Assembly: GCA_047947115.1 (NCBI GenBank)
Contig: CP170459.1
Span: 1,056,001-1,120,000 of the forward strand
Direction of reading: 5' to 3'
DNA: 64,000 bases
DNA from: Verrucomicrobiota bacterium
GTDB taxonomy: Bacteria; Verrucomicrobiota; Verrucomicrobiia; Limisphaerales; AAA164-E04
Shown: positions 19,425 through 29,730 of the stretch, piece after piece
How positions within the stretch are numbered: the first letter of the stretch is position 1
How the letters are laid out: each line of letters opens with the position of its first letter
The notes under the pieces: model-generated
The model's input: the letters and a program-made list of their open reading frames with translations, nothing else
Database searches by the model: none
What the model was told of the DNA's origin: nothing
Position numbers and translations under genes: made by a program

Positions 19425-19523
19425 TTGTCAATAAGTCTTAGCATCGAATGACCACGCAAAACTAAGGATTCTTTGTAACCTTTGCTCGGGGATTCCTAGT
19501 GTATAGGATGAAAGGAATCAAAC

Positions 19524-21638
19524 ATGGCATCCGAAACAAAATGTTCCAACTGTGGCAAAGTGATTGGCGAAAGCGCTCCGGCAGGCTTGTGCCCCGAATG
19601 TCTGCTCAAGGGTGGTCTGGAAACTGGCATGGATTTGGGAGACGAAACGCAAGCCATCACCGGTGATAAAAAGGAGCGATTTGTCCCTCCAACGGCATCC
19701 GAACTGGAACCTTTGTTCCCACAACTGGAAATTCTGGAACTGATCGGCCAAGGTGGAATGGGAGCCGTCTACAAAGCACGCCAAAAAGAACTCGACCGCA
19801 TCGTCGCGCTGAAAATTCTGCCACCCGATATCGGACAAGATGAAGCCTTCGCAGAACGCTTTTCCCGTGAAGCCAAAGCCCTCGCAAAACTGAACCACCC
19901 GGGCATCGTCACCATCCACGATTTTGGAAAAGTAAATCTAAAGACACCTCCAGACGGTAGGGCCCCGCTGCTGCAGGGCCGCGACGCGACCAAGGATGAA
20001 CAAACAGACCAAACCACATCCACCGTCCCAACCACTCCCCTCTACTTTTTCCTCATGGAATTCGTGGACGGCGTCAACATCCGCCAACTCCTCGACGGCG
20101 GCCGGGTTTCCCCCCGAGAAGCGTTGGCCATCGTTCCACAAATATGCGACGCGCTTCAATTCGCGCACGATCACGGCATCGTCCACCGTGATATCAAACC
20201 CGAAAACATCCTCATGGACCGCCGCGGCAACGTCAAAGTCGCCGATTTCGGTCTCGCCAAAATCGTTGCAAACTGGGATTCCAGATCGGATTCCCAATCC
20301 ATGGAAAATGAAACATCCTCAGAGCCCTCATCCTCCCTCACCGTTTCCGGAAGAATCATGGGCACCCCCAAATACATGTCGCCGGAACAAATCAAAGCAC
20401 CGGGAGAAGTGGATCACCGGGCCGACATCTACGCGCTGGGTGTGGTGCTCTACCAAATGCTGACGGGCAAACTTCCGGACAAACAATGGCAGCCTCCCTC
20501 GAAAAAAGTGAGCGTGGATGTCCGGCTCGACGAAATCGTCCTTCGCGCCCTGGATCAGGATCCCAACCTGCGCTATCAAAGCGTCAGCGAATTCAAAACC
20601 CAGATCGATACCCTCTCTGAATCGACTGACGAAGTTGTCAAAGCAAAACCAGACACTCATGCAGAACACGAGACTGCACCCTATCCCCTCGAACCCTGGA
20701 TGCAGCAATGGATCGCCAAGCCGACGGCCCGCCGACTCCAAATGTTCAAACTCATGCTTCTGGCGGGATTTGGGATGTCCTTGGTGTTTTGCTTTCCAAC
20801 AAGGGATATCAGCAGAGATGTTGTCGAAACCTGGAGTTTCGGTCTGGGCGATCCCTGGTTCGAATCCATCCGCAACTATGCCAAAGGTCACAACATTGGC
20901 AAACTCCACTTTGGAACAAAGAGTTTTCTGGTGGGATGTATGGCCTGTTTGCATTGGATCTGGTTCACCATGCTGGTTCGAACCGAATGGCTGGCAGGAA
21001 ATCGACTACCCAAGGAGGACGTTGTCTTCACTTGGGAACTGATTCGAGTCGAAAACGGCACTCCAAACATTGACTGGCGCCGCATCATTCTGAGCGGAGC
21101 CATCGCATGCACCATTGCTTGCGTGGCATCCTGCATGTTCGTTGTGCTGATGCAGGTGGCTCTCGGAGGCGCACCTTCTCCCGGCACGGTCATGATCTGG
21201 AATTCCATCATGGCCTGTGGATTCATCGGATTCATGGTAAAGAGGTCTTTGAACCAAAGCACACCTCCCAAATTCCCGGGAAGCAGCGCAAGAGCGGTAC
21301 AGGCATTTTGGGATTTGATGGAAAGGGGAGCATATGAAAAGTGCTGGTTCGTATCAGCGCCTGCTTTCAAAGAAACGCAACAACAGGAAAGATGGATTCA
21401 AAAAATGGAAACCGAAAGGAAGCCATTTGGCAAAGCAACCACACGCAAGACACTTTCGCTGGAATTCATTGAACCAAACATTCGATTTGAGCAGCACATT
21501 TTGACTGAATTTGAAAACGGGAAGTCGGCTCAAGAATCCATCCTCTGCGGTCGACAACCGGATGGGGATGTGGTGGGAAGGCATTCGTATCCATTTCAGT
21601 CAATCAAGAAAGCTTGGCCGAAAGACACTTCGATGTGA
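19524..21638 (+). CDS. Membrane Ser/Thr kinase with C-terminal DUF4019-like domain (3' end possibly disrupted)
   Basis: Zn-ribbon CSNC..CPEC, GQGGMG, HRDIKPEN, DFG, GTPKYMSPE; TM helices. Confidence 0.9.
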   Translation: MASETKCSNCGKVIGESAPAGLCPECLLKGGLETGMDLGDETQAITGDKKERFVPPTASELEPLFPQLEILELIGQGGMGAVYKARQKELDRIVALKILPPDIGQDEAFAERFSREAKALAKLNHPGIVTIHDFGKVNLKTPPDGRAPLLQGRDATKDEQTDQTTSTVPTTPLYFFLMEFVDGVNIRQLLDGGRVSPREALAIVPQICDALQFAHDHGIVHRDIKPENILMDRRGNVKVADFGLAKIVANWDSRSDSQSMENETSSEPSSSLTVSGRIMGTPKYMSPEQIKAPGEVDHRADIYALGVVLYQMLTGKLPDKQWQPPSKKVSVDVRLDEIVLRALDQDPNLRYQSVSEFKTQIDTLSESTDEVVKAKPDTHAEHETAPYPLEPWMQQWIAKPTARRLQMFKLMLLAGFGMSLVFCFPTRDISRDVVETWSFGLGDPWFESIRNYAKGHNIGKLHFGTKSFLVGCMACLHWIWFTMLVRTEWLAGNRLPKEDVVFTWELIRVENGTPNIDWRRIILSGAIACTIACVASCMFVVLMQVALGGAPSPGTVMIWNSIMACGFIGFMVKRSLNQSTPPKFPGSSARAVQAFWDLMERGAYEKCWFVSAPAFKETQQQERWIQKMETERKPFGKATTRKTLSLEFIEPNIRFEQHILTEFENGKSAQESILCGRQPDGDVVGRHSYPFQSIKKAWPKDTSM

Positions 21639-21885
21639 AAGCCCTTAACAAATTCGGTTTCATTAAAAACAGAATAAGCCTCAGTTCAAACGGTTTTGTT
21701 GGAGCCGAAACCCGCATGGATACTTTCCATTTTGATCAACCACTTTCCGAAATCAAAACATTCCTCATGGGATCACGCCCCTATCGCACCAACATCTGGC
21801 GAAATGTTCCTTTGCCCAAATCAATCCGGCAAATTGAGCAAGGTTCGTTGAAAACGAACCCAACGATTCAATAATTGAGCGCCTA

Positions 21886-22329
21886 TCAAAAACTTGTAGG
21901 ATTGATCACTTTGAAACCCGTCAAAGACGCCAATTGCAATTGCCTTTTGTCAGAAGAAACGAAATTATCTGCCTTCAATAGGACAGCACAAGCAACATGC
22001 AATGTATCCAAGGTACGACACCCTGAGGAAGGTGCATATTCCATGGCAAGCGAACGACACATCCGCCATGCTTCAGGCCAATCCACTCCTTTGAAAGTAA
22101 GCACACCTTTATTTCGATCCTCATCAATGGAGGAAAGCAACCGCTCTACCTGTAATGTGCTACATTCTCCTCGATACTTTTTCAACGTGATGGCAGCGGT
22201 CATCTCACTCAAATGAAAATCGTTGATTAAAATAGGCTCACCATCGTCCAAAACAAAAGAACGAACGACTTCCGACTCGGGTTCTTCAGTATACAGTTTG
22301 ATGATTATCCCCGTGTCATAATAACGCAT
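21886..22329 (-). CDS. vapC: VapC PIN-domain toxin
   Basis: YYDTGIIIKLY, RTLDTLHVA, SSDKRQ. Confidence 0.88.
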   Translation of the reverse strand: MRYYDTGIIIKLYTEEPESEVVRSFVLDDGEPILINDFHLSEMTAAITLKKYRGECSTLQVERLLSSIDEDRNKGVLTFKGVDWPEAWRMCRSLAMEYAPSSGCRTLDTLHVACAVLLKADNFVSSDKRQLQLASLTGFKVINPTSF

Positions 22330-22571
22330 TACCAATCTCCTCGCGTTTCATTGAGGAGATCATCAGAGGACGTGCCTTGTGTTGCTCCCCCCCAAATACT
22401 TCTTGCTCGTTCTCCAAAATCCGGAAATTGGACCTTTTCAGGCTGTTCAGGTGGAAGGAGCCGAGCAACAAGTTTTTTGCGTCGAGTAATGCCTACTTCA
22501 TAACCGGCTTCTACTTCTCGCAAAACACTCGCGAGATTATGTTGAGCCTGCATGATTGAGTATTTCTTCAT
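22329..22571 (-). CDS. Phd/YefM antitoxin
   Basis: SIMQAQHNLASVLREVEAG..ITRRKKLVARLLP. Confidence 0.85.
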   Translation of the reverse strand: MKKYSIMQAQHNLASVLREVEAGYEVGITRRKKLVARLLPPEQPEKVQFPDFGERARSIWGGATQGTSSDDLLNETRGDW

Positions 22572-22676
22572 AACGCATAAAAATAACGCATGCAACGACT
22601 GTGTCAATTTGTAATGCACGACAATGCCTTTTGCAAATAACTTGAACCTTCCCACCCAACCATCAACCATACCCAC

Positions 22677-23342
22677 ATGAACCTTGAAACCTGGACCAAC
22701 ATAGATGCCTACTTCACCGACCTATTGCACGACAGTGACCCTATCCTGGATACCGTCCTGGCTGATAGCGCAAAAGCGGGACTCCCGGAAATTCAAGTCT
22801 CCGTTCCCCAGGGAAAATGGCTCCACTTGATGGTTCAACTCTCCGGTGCCAAACGCGTCCTCGAACTGGGAACCCTCGGCGCCTACAGCACCATCTGGAT
22901 GGCCAGAGCCCTTCCAAGCGACGGACGCCTGATCGCCCTCGAAGTCGAACCCCTACACGTCCAAGTCTCCCGACAAAACCTCGCCCACGCAGGTCTCTCG
23001 GAAAAAGTCGACGTGATGGAAGGGGCCGCACTCGATACTTTGCAACAACTCATCGAACAAAACGTGGAACCCTTCGATTTCGTCTTCCTCGACGCCGACA
23101 AAGAAAACTACCCGAACTATCTCCCGGGCATCCTTCAACTCATGCATACGGGCTCCGTCCTTATCGCAGACAATGTTGTCCGAGACGGAGCCGTCATCGA
23201 ACCAGACCATACCGATTCCAGAGTCCAAGGCGTCCGGCAATTCAACCAACTGGTGGCGGACAATCCCACCATCAACGCCACCGGCATCCAAACCGTGGGA
23301 ACCAAAGGCTACGACGGCTACCTGATTGGCAGAATATCTTAA
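22677..23342 (+). CDS. SAM-dependent O-methyltransferase
   Basis: VLELGTLGAYS, FLDADK, ADNV. Confidence 0.9.
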   Translation: MNLETWTNIDAYFTDLLHDSDPILDTVLADSAKAGLPEIQVSVPQGKWLHLMVQLSGAKRVLELGTLGAYSTIWMARALPSDGRLIALEVEPLHVQVSRQNLAHAGLSEKVDVMEGAALDTLQQLIEQNVEPFDFVFLDADKENYPNYLPGILQLMHTGSVLIADNVVRDGAVIEPDHTDSRVQGVRQFNQLVADNPTINATGIQTVGTKGYDGYLIGRIS

Positions 23343-23348
23343 GAGTTG

Positions 23349-23396
23349 ATTTGCATTGTTTTTTGTTTCACAATGAATGCAGCAAACAATGCAAAT
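23349..23396. promoter_or_regulatory. Inverted-repeat operator upstream of AbrB-VapC
   Basis: Perfect 13-bp arms ATTTGCATTGTTT / AAACAATGCAAAT. Confidence 0.7.
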
Positions 23397-23407
23397 GCAC
23401 TAAAGTC

Positions 23408-23650
23408 ATGATTCAATCCACACTAACCGACCGTTGGCAGACCACCATTCCCTCTGTAGTAAGGAATGCCCTTCAGCTGAAACCCAGGCAACGACTCATT
23501 TACGAATTGGTGGATGGTGCAGTTCTAATCAAGCCCCAACCGGAAACTCTTAATGACCTTTACGGATGTCTAGCTGACGACCAACCAACTCTCTCCAAAT
23601 CAGAAGAACGAGAAAAAGCCCGCCAAGCCAGGGCCGGAAAATATAAATGA
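23408..23650 (+). CDS. AbrB/MazE-type antitoxin
   Basis: STLTDRWQTTIPSVVRNALQLKP; overlaps the PIN gene start. Confidence 0.85.
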   Translation: MIQSTLTDRWQTTIPSVVRNALQLKPRQRLIYELVDGAVLIKPQPETLNDLYGCLADDQPTLSKSEEREKARQARAGKYK

Positions 23651-24057
23651 CAAAATATCTCCTGGACGCAAATGTCCTCATCCGTTTTTTAAGAGGAGAT
23701 CATTCAAAACACGCTGCAGCAGCTCAAAGCCTGTTCTCCGAAGCGTGTGCAGGAAACTGTTCCCTGATCTTAACGGAAGTAGTCGTCGCAGAAACAGTAT
23801 GGGTACTGAACTCGGTATATAGCGTCGATCGAAGAAGAATAGCGCTGGGCATCCAAAAAGTCATTCTAAGTGCCGGAGTGCGCTGCATCAATCGAAACGA
23901 AATGATCGACGCTCTGGACCGCTTTGCATCCACTAAGTGTGATTTTATCGATTGCTACCTGGCGGCACTGGCCGCTCAATCTGGGGATCATGTCGCGTCC
24001 TTTGACAAGGACTTCAAACGTTTTCCTGACGTACAGCGATGGAATCATCAAACATGA
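23647..24057 (+). CDS. vapC: VapC PIN-domain toxin
   Basis: LLDANVLIRFL, DFIDCYL, SFDKDF. Confidence 0.9.
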   Translation: MTKYLLDANVLIRFLRGDHSKHAAAAQSLFSEACAGNCSLILTEVVVAETVWVLNSVYSVDRRRIALGIQKVILSAGVRCINRNEMIDALDRFASTKCDFIDCYLAALAAQSGDHVASFDKDFKRFPDVQRWNHQT

Positions 24058-24170
24058 AGTAACAGAACGAAGTTCGATGACAGGCCAATTTGTGTCAACA
24101 GGTTGGCCTGCCCCCAGGAAGGAGGCTTGCATGAGAGGTGGGTTTTGGATCAGAGTATATAGCGATACGG

Positions 24171-24599
24171 ATGCATGTCTCCAAAACCATTACCAACTCA
24201 TTCCATGATTTTCATTTGTTCGAAATCAGCAAAACCACGCATCACCCCGAGAAACGTGGCCCTTTCATGGTCTCCCAAAGCGGCAGCGCTCCCGGTGATC
24301 CCGAACTGCGGGAGTGCACCTTTGTGCTGACCAAGCGCGGCACCTGGATGCATCTTTATATCTTTTTCCTCATGTCTCACGAATTGCGTCACCGTGTGGC
24401 CGTCTTTGATTCGGTCGCCAAAGTCATGGAACTGGCCGAAACACTGGTCGGAAAACCCGTGGTGGAAACCATGGAATCCCTTCCCGAATTGCTGAACGAT
24501 TCCGGGTTCAATCCAGCACACGAAGATCCGGTCAGTTCCGCGCTGATAGAAAAAGTCCGTAAGAAACATCCCAAAGGATTGCCTCCTTCTTTCGGGTGA
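24171..24599 (+). CDS. Hypothetical protein
   Basis: Only plausible co-oriented ORF in the gap; no recognisable motif. Confidence 0.55.
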   Translation: MHVSKTITNSFHDFHLFEISKTTHHPEKRGPFMVSQSGSAPGDPELRECTFVLTKRGTWMHLYIFFLMSHELRHRVAVFDSVAKVMELAETLVGKPVVETMESLPELLNDSGFNPAHEDPVSSALIEKVRKKHPKGLPPSFG

Positions 24600-24643
24600 A
24601 TCCGGATTGATTATTGCAGGGTCTATGATTCAATGAACGCATC

Positions 24644-24949
24644 ATGTTAGTCGTTCACGTATTTGTTCACGTCAAAGAAGACCAGGTGGAAGCGTTTAAA
24701 GCAGCCACACTGGAAAATGCGCGCAACAGTGTTCAAGAAACCGGCATAGCTCGATTCGACGTCGTCCAGCAGCAGGACGACCCAACCCGATTCGTGCTGG
24801 TGGAAGCCTATCGGGATGCGGAAGCGCCGGCTCGGCACAAGGAAACCCAGCATTATCTCACCTGACGTGAAACGGTGGAAACCATGATGGCCGAACCGCG
24901 TCACAGCATCAAATTTGAAAACTGTTTCCCCGGCGACGATGCCTGGTAG
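24644..24949 (+). pseudogene. ABM/LsrG-like monooxygenase interrupted by in-frame TGA
   Basis: HYLT*RETVETMMAEPRHSIKFENCFPGDDAW*. The stop lies at 24863-24865. Confidence 0.8.
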
Positions 24950-26105
24950 GCCACCATTTGATTTTACCACGGCAGGACGCATTGTCTTTGGATGGGACCG
25001 CCTGCAGGAACTGCCAAAACTGGCAGCCGGGTTTGGGTCGCGCGTGCTGTTGGTTTGCGGCAGCAAGCCGAAACGCATTCAACCTTGCCTGCAAATTCTC
25101 GAACAGAATCATTGCAGGGTCGAGTGCTTCCAGGTTTTGAACGAACCCTCCATAGACACCATTGAAGCTGGCAGCCGGAAAGCCCGCGAAGGATTTGACT
25201 GGGTATTGGGGATGGGTGGAGGCAGCGTGCTCGACGCCGCAAAAGCCATCGCCATCATGACCCGACAATCCGGCGAGGTCATGGATTACCTGAAAGTCAT
25301 TGGCCACGGCAAACCTTTCCAATCACCAGGCCTCCCCATGGTCGCTGTGCCCACCACAGCGGGCACCGGATCCGAAGTCACGCGCAACGCCGTCCTTTCT
25401 TCCAACGAACACAAAGTCAAAGTCAGCATGCGGCATCCCTCCATGCTGCCCGATATGGCGCTGGTGGATCCGGCCCTGACCGTTTCATGCCCACCGACTA
25501 TCACAGCTGCGACAGGGCTGGACGCATTGACTCAGCTGATCGAACCATTCCTATCGTGCAAATCCAATCCGATGACGGACGCCTTTTGCCGACAGGGCAT
25601 TCCACTCGCCGCACAATCCATCCGAACCGTCGTGGAAAAACCCGAAGACAAACAGGCCAGAACCGACATGGCGCTTGCCAGTTTGCTTGGAGGTTTGGCC
25701 CTGGCCAATGCTGGGCTGGGTGCGGTGCACGGCATCGCCGGGCCATTTGGCGGCATGTTCCCGGGTGCGCCCCATGGGGCCATTTGTGCGGCGCTTCTTC
25801 CAGGTTCATTGGAAGTAAACCACCGGGTCATCAAAGACCGTCACCCGGATCACGCATGCCTTCAGCGCTTCGATGAATTGGCCAGAATGATAAACGGCGA
25901 AGCTCACGCGTCTTTTGAGAGCATGTTGAACTGGGTGGTCGAAACGATAGTCAAGTTAAACATCCCAGGCTTGGGAACATACGGGTTCAGCAACGAGCAC
26001 CTGCCGGACCTGATCCAAAAATCAAAAAATGCCAGCAGCATGAAAGGCAATCCCATCGAACTGACCCACAACGAAATCCAAACAATCCTCCAAAAAGCCG
26101 TCTAA
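24939..26105 (+). CDS. Iron-containing alcohol dehydrogenase
   Basis: GGGSVLDAAK, PTTAGTGSEVT, GAVHG, APHG. Confidence 0.92.
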   Translation: MPGRPPFDFTTAGRIVFGWDRLQELPKLAAGFGSRVLLVCGSKPKRIQPCLQILEQNHCRVECFQVLNEPSIDTIEAGSRKAREGFDWVLGMGGGSVLDAAKAIAIMTRQSGEVMDYLKVIGHGKPFQSPGLPMVAVPTTAGTGSEVTRNAVLSSNEHKVKVSMRHPSMLPDMALVDPALTVSCPPTITAATGLDALTQLIEPFLSCKSNPMTDAFCRQGIPLAAQSIRTVVEKPEDKQARTDMALASLLGGLALANAGLGAVHGIAGPFGGMFPGAPHGAICAALLPGSLEVNHRVIKDRHPDHACLQRFDELARMINGEAHASFESMLNWVVETIVKLNIPGLGTYGFSNEHLPDLIQKSKNASSMKGNPIELTHNEIQTILQKAV

Positions 26106-26592
26106 CAATTCCCCAAGGTAGAAATTGGTCGTCCCTGACTCGTTCCTCAGAGCTCACCAACAGACAAATGCCTCCCAAAGGGAAACCCAAAAATCTTCAC
26201 GCATCCGATGACATGAGGTCAATGAAGTCTTGGGAGGTTATTGAGGGTATCCCGACTCATCCCATGAGCGTCAGGAAAAAAACGTTTTTGACATCCTTGG
26301 CGTCGTTGCGCCTGCGCGCCTTTGCGATAAAAACCAGCAGCCATTGACAACTTTTTGAACTTTCAAAGGTTCGATTCAAGAATCTCTCACGCTGATAAGT
26401 GCAAAACTGGAATGGATAACCAAAGGAGAATTTGACCCCTTCCATCAGTTTTCTCGCAAAGGCGCCAAGACTGCGAAGGGCGCAAAGTTTTTTAGAGCAC
26501 ACCCAACTGGAATGAGTCGTTGAAACCGTGTTTGCAAAGGATTTGGTATTCGAAACCCAACATACATCCGTTCATCGTTTGATTCTTTTCGA

Positions 26593-28402
26593 ATGACAAG
26601 GCAAAGTGCAGTCATGCAAAACGCGATTCACCACAGATGTCTTAAATGGATTCCGATAGGGTTGATCTTTTTGAGTTCATCCATCCAGATAAACGCCCTA
26701 TCCGTCATTGATTTGTTGATCGTTTATTCCCCGGAAGCAGGCCTGGCCGGCAACGGTTCCGAAGCCATGCAACAACTCGCCATGGCAGCCGTACGGGAAA
26801 TGAATGCAGCACATGAACGCAGTGTGAGCGATGTTCGGTTTCATCTGGTAGGGTGGTTCAATCAGAGGAAAACCAAGCCGGCACTTCCACATCCTCCAAC
26901 CTGCGGGCCATTCGCGAAGCACAGGATGGAACTCTGGACGAAATCCAGGGACTACGGGATCTTTACGGCGCGGACATCGTCACCTATATCTTCGACAACG
27001 ACAGCGGTTCCAATGTTGGCTTGGCGAACAGCTTGACCTCTCTGGATCCATCCTTCAGTGAAAAAGCTTTCAATGTCATTGTGCGACGCAAGGCATATGG
27101 CGATTGGGTGTTGGCCCACGAAATCGCCCACAACCTCGGCGCCGAACACGACCGGGGAAACGTCAACGGTCTGCCCGGACTGACCGATTGCGCGTACGGT
27201 GACTTTTACAACATTGATGGAGAAGGCGTACACACCATCATGGCCCAAAGTCGATTCAGCGAACGCATCGGCTATTTGTCAAATCCAAAAGTCCAATTGG
27301 CCGGGGAGACGCTGGGAACCGATTCGCCACCGGAAGCGTGTGCGGACAACGTTTCCGCCATCAACATGGCCGGACCTTTCGTCGCTGGATTTCGTTCCAG
27401 AACATTTCTCAACGATGCCTTTGTGGACCGAACCTTGCTGAAAGGATACGGATTCAGTCTGACCGGTGACCTGACAAATTCAACCCGCGAAGACACCGAA
27501 CCACTCCACAACCCCAATCGAGACACCGGATCGTTGTGGTGGTCCTGGACCGCGCCCTCAACGGATGAATACGAAATATCCTTTGCCGGATCTTCCGGGA
27601 CGCTGTCAGTCGTTTTTTACGAAGGCGACACCCTGCCATCACTGGAACCATTAACAGCATTCAGCAATCAATCCCCTAATCATTCTGACACTTTGCACGC
27701 GGAAGAAGGGATCACCTATCAAATTGCCGCAACAAGTTTGTTAAGTAATAACGCGTTCGTGGCCTTTTCAATCACCCGACCCAATGATGCTTTTGAAAAT
27801 CCCGCCATATTGTCCGGCACACAGTTGATCGCCACTACAGACAGTTCGAATGCCACCAATGAACCCAGAGAGCCCAACCATGGAGCCATTGATGTTTTTT
27901 TGGTTCCACCAGCAACTCCGTTTGGTGGCAATGGTTGGCTCCCGCCAGCGGACCATTCCAGCTCTCCACACAAGGGAGTTTGTTCGGCACCAATCTAGGG
28001 GTTTACACAGGAGCAGCACTGCCCGATCTGGAACTCATAGCAGAAGACGCATACGAGCGAGATCAACCTGTGGCAGAACTCACCTTCCCCGCGCAAGCGG
28101 GTGAGATCTATCGCATCGCTGTGGCAGGTCCCGGAGGATTGGACATTCCTGGTGGTTTTACCGTCTTGAGCCTGGCACAAACACCTCAACCCAACCTTCG
28201 CATGTCCCTGGAAAGAACCACACCATCCAGTCTGATCATTCAAGTGGAAGGATTCACTGATTCCGACTGGATCATTGAAACCACAGAAGATTTTGAAACC
28301 TGGACCGAGTCCGCCCGGTTCACCCCGTCAGACCTCCCAGCGCAACTGCAAGGAACACCCGATCAAACCCAGCGCTTTTTCCGTGCAAGAAGTATCCCAT
28401 AG
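26593..28402 (+). pseudogene. Secreted reprolysin (M12B)-like metalloprotease split by two frameshifts
   Basis: IDLLIVYS; HEIAHNLGAEH; two NDAF..SLWWSWTAP-type repeats; C-terminal RFFRA. Frameshifts near 26851 and 27900. Confidence 0.8.
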
Positions 28403-28412
28403 CGTGTGGTAT

Positions 28413-28476
28413 GGTAGGGACACGCTGCCGCGTGTCCGGTGGCGCGTTCGCGGCCGCGCAGCATTGCGGCTCTGCC
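28413..28476. repeat. Inverted REP-like doublet
   Basis: GGTAGGGACACGCTGCCGCGTGTCC plus the opposite-strand GGCAGAGCCGCAATGCTGCGCGGCCG, between convergent genes. Confidence 0.65.
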
Positions 28477-28535
28477 TCCCCGTGTCTCTGCGCCTCAAAT
28501 CCCGTTTACAGGAACGGACGTGAGTAAAAAACCAA

Positions 28536-29312
28536 TCATCGAGCCGCAGCCGGCATCTGCACATCCGTGCGAGGTTGGTACCCACGATGCCAATTCTGCA
28601 CCCATAGTTCCTGCAACTTGATGTAGTCAATATGGCCATCCGTGTAGGCGAGATTAATCCCCTTGTCATGGCGATCCACGAAATACCGACGCATGCCCTG
28701 AGTGTTATCGCCTCCGTCGTAATTCTGCGGAGGGGTATTTTCAGCACGCGGCCAGGCATCGACCCAATTACCGTCACCATACAAAGGCACATTGGCGCTG
28801 CTATTCATATACATGCCCCAATACCGATTCCGTTCATCGTCCGTTGAAGGCTCGTAGTAACTACCCATCGGCCACTGCATCCAGGAATTGATCGTATAAC
28901 TCCCCTCGGCCTTGCTCTTCGCAAAATTTCCCCACCAGAAACTCCAATTCGTTTTGCTGTCACCGGGCCCGTCCTGTTTGGAGCGACTCTTGATCGATGG
29001 ACAAATAATCGTCTGCATGGAGCCCTCATAGCTTTGCTGGGGATCATCCACATAAGAACTGTCCCCCATATAAGGCGCGATGGCGTGAAACCAATAAGGC
29101 TTGCCAGGGCCCAGCACCTGCAGAACCTTATCCTCGTTATCGTCGGCATACATGATGGTCGCCAAAGCAACCTGCTTGAGATTATTGGTGCATTTGATGG
29201 TTTTGGCCTTGGATTTGGCCCGCCCCAGAGCTGGCAGAAGCATGCCAGCCAGAATGGCGATAATAGCGATCACGACCAACAATTCGATCAGAGTGAAACC
29301 TTTGTTTTTCAT
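28536..29312 (-). CDS. Prepilin-type N-methylation / H-X9-DG domain protein
   Basis: [38 protein letters not shown]. Confidence 0.9.
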   Translation of the reverse strand: MKNKGFTLIELLVVIAIIAILAGMLLPALGRAKSKAKTIKCTNNLKQVALATIMYADDNEDKVLQVLGPGKPYWFHAIAPYMGDSSYVDDPQQSYEGSMQTIICPSIKSRSKQDGPGDSKTNWSFWWGNFAKSKAEGSYTINSWMQWPMGSYYEPSTDDERNRYWGMYMNSSANVPLYGDGNWVDAWPRAENTPPQNYDGGDNTQGMRRYFVDRHDKGINLAYTDGHIDYIKLQELWVQNWHRGYQPRTDVQMPAAAR

Positions 29313-29465
29313 GGAATTCAACACACTATGCCCCCTGAGAGTCGAAAGGCCAAGATAGAAAATCCCTCAAAACACCTGCCAGAAGCACCATACAGACAAA
29401 GAAACGACAAACTTGAGCTTGCCAAAAGAGGCCCGGCCCATTAATTTCCACCTCCTGCAACGCAT

Positions 29466-29552
29466 GCCGGCGTGGCGGAATTGGCAGACGCGCTAGACTC
29501 AAAATCTGGTTCTCGCAAGGGAGTGGGGGTTCGAGCCCCTCCGCCGGTACCA
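29466..29552 (+). tRNA. tRNA-Leu(CAA)
   Basis: GCCGGCG acceptor stem, anticodon arm CTAGA-CTCAAAA-TCTGG, long variable arm, GGTTCGA, encoded CCA. Confidence 0.95.
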
Positions 29553-29730
29553 TGACAAATTCAATTTGTTATGGATTTCAATACCCAATCTTTAGGCAAG
29601 AGCCGAGATCGGGAACCTAGCAATGCGGCCTGATCCTTTGTACCCTCTCAAACTCAGTCTCACACCTTTGACCAATAGCCTAAGTTCTGAACCTGAAATT
29701 CAACCCCCAACTTCCCTTGAAGCGCAACTT

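Noticed and set aside
24863..24865. TGA recoding (Sec or genome-wide Trp)
   Set aside because: Many intact genes here end in TGA, and the position corresponds to Trp rather than Cys.
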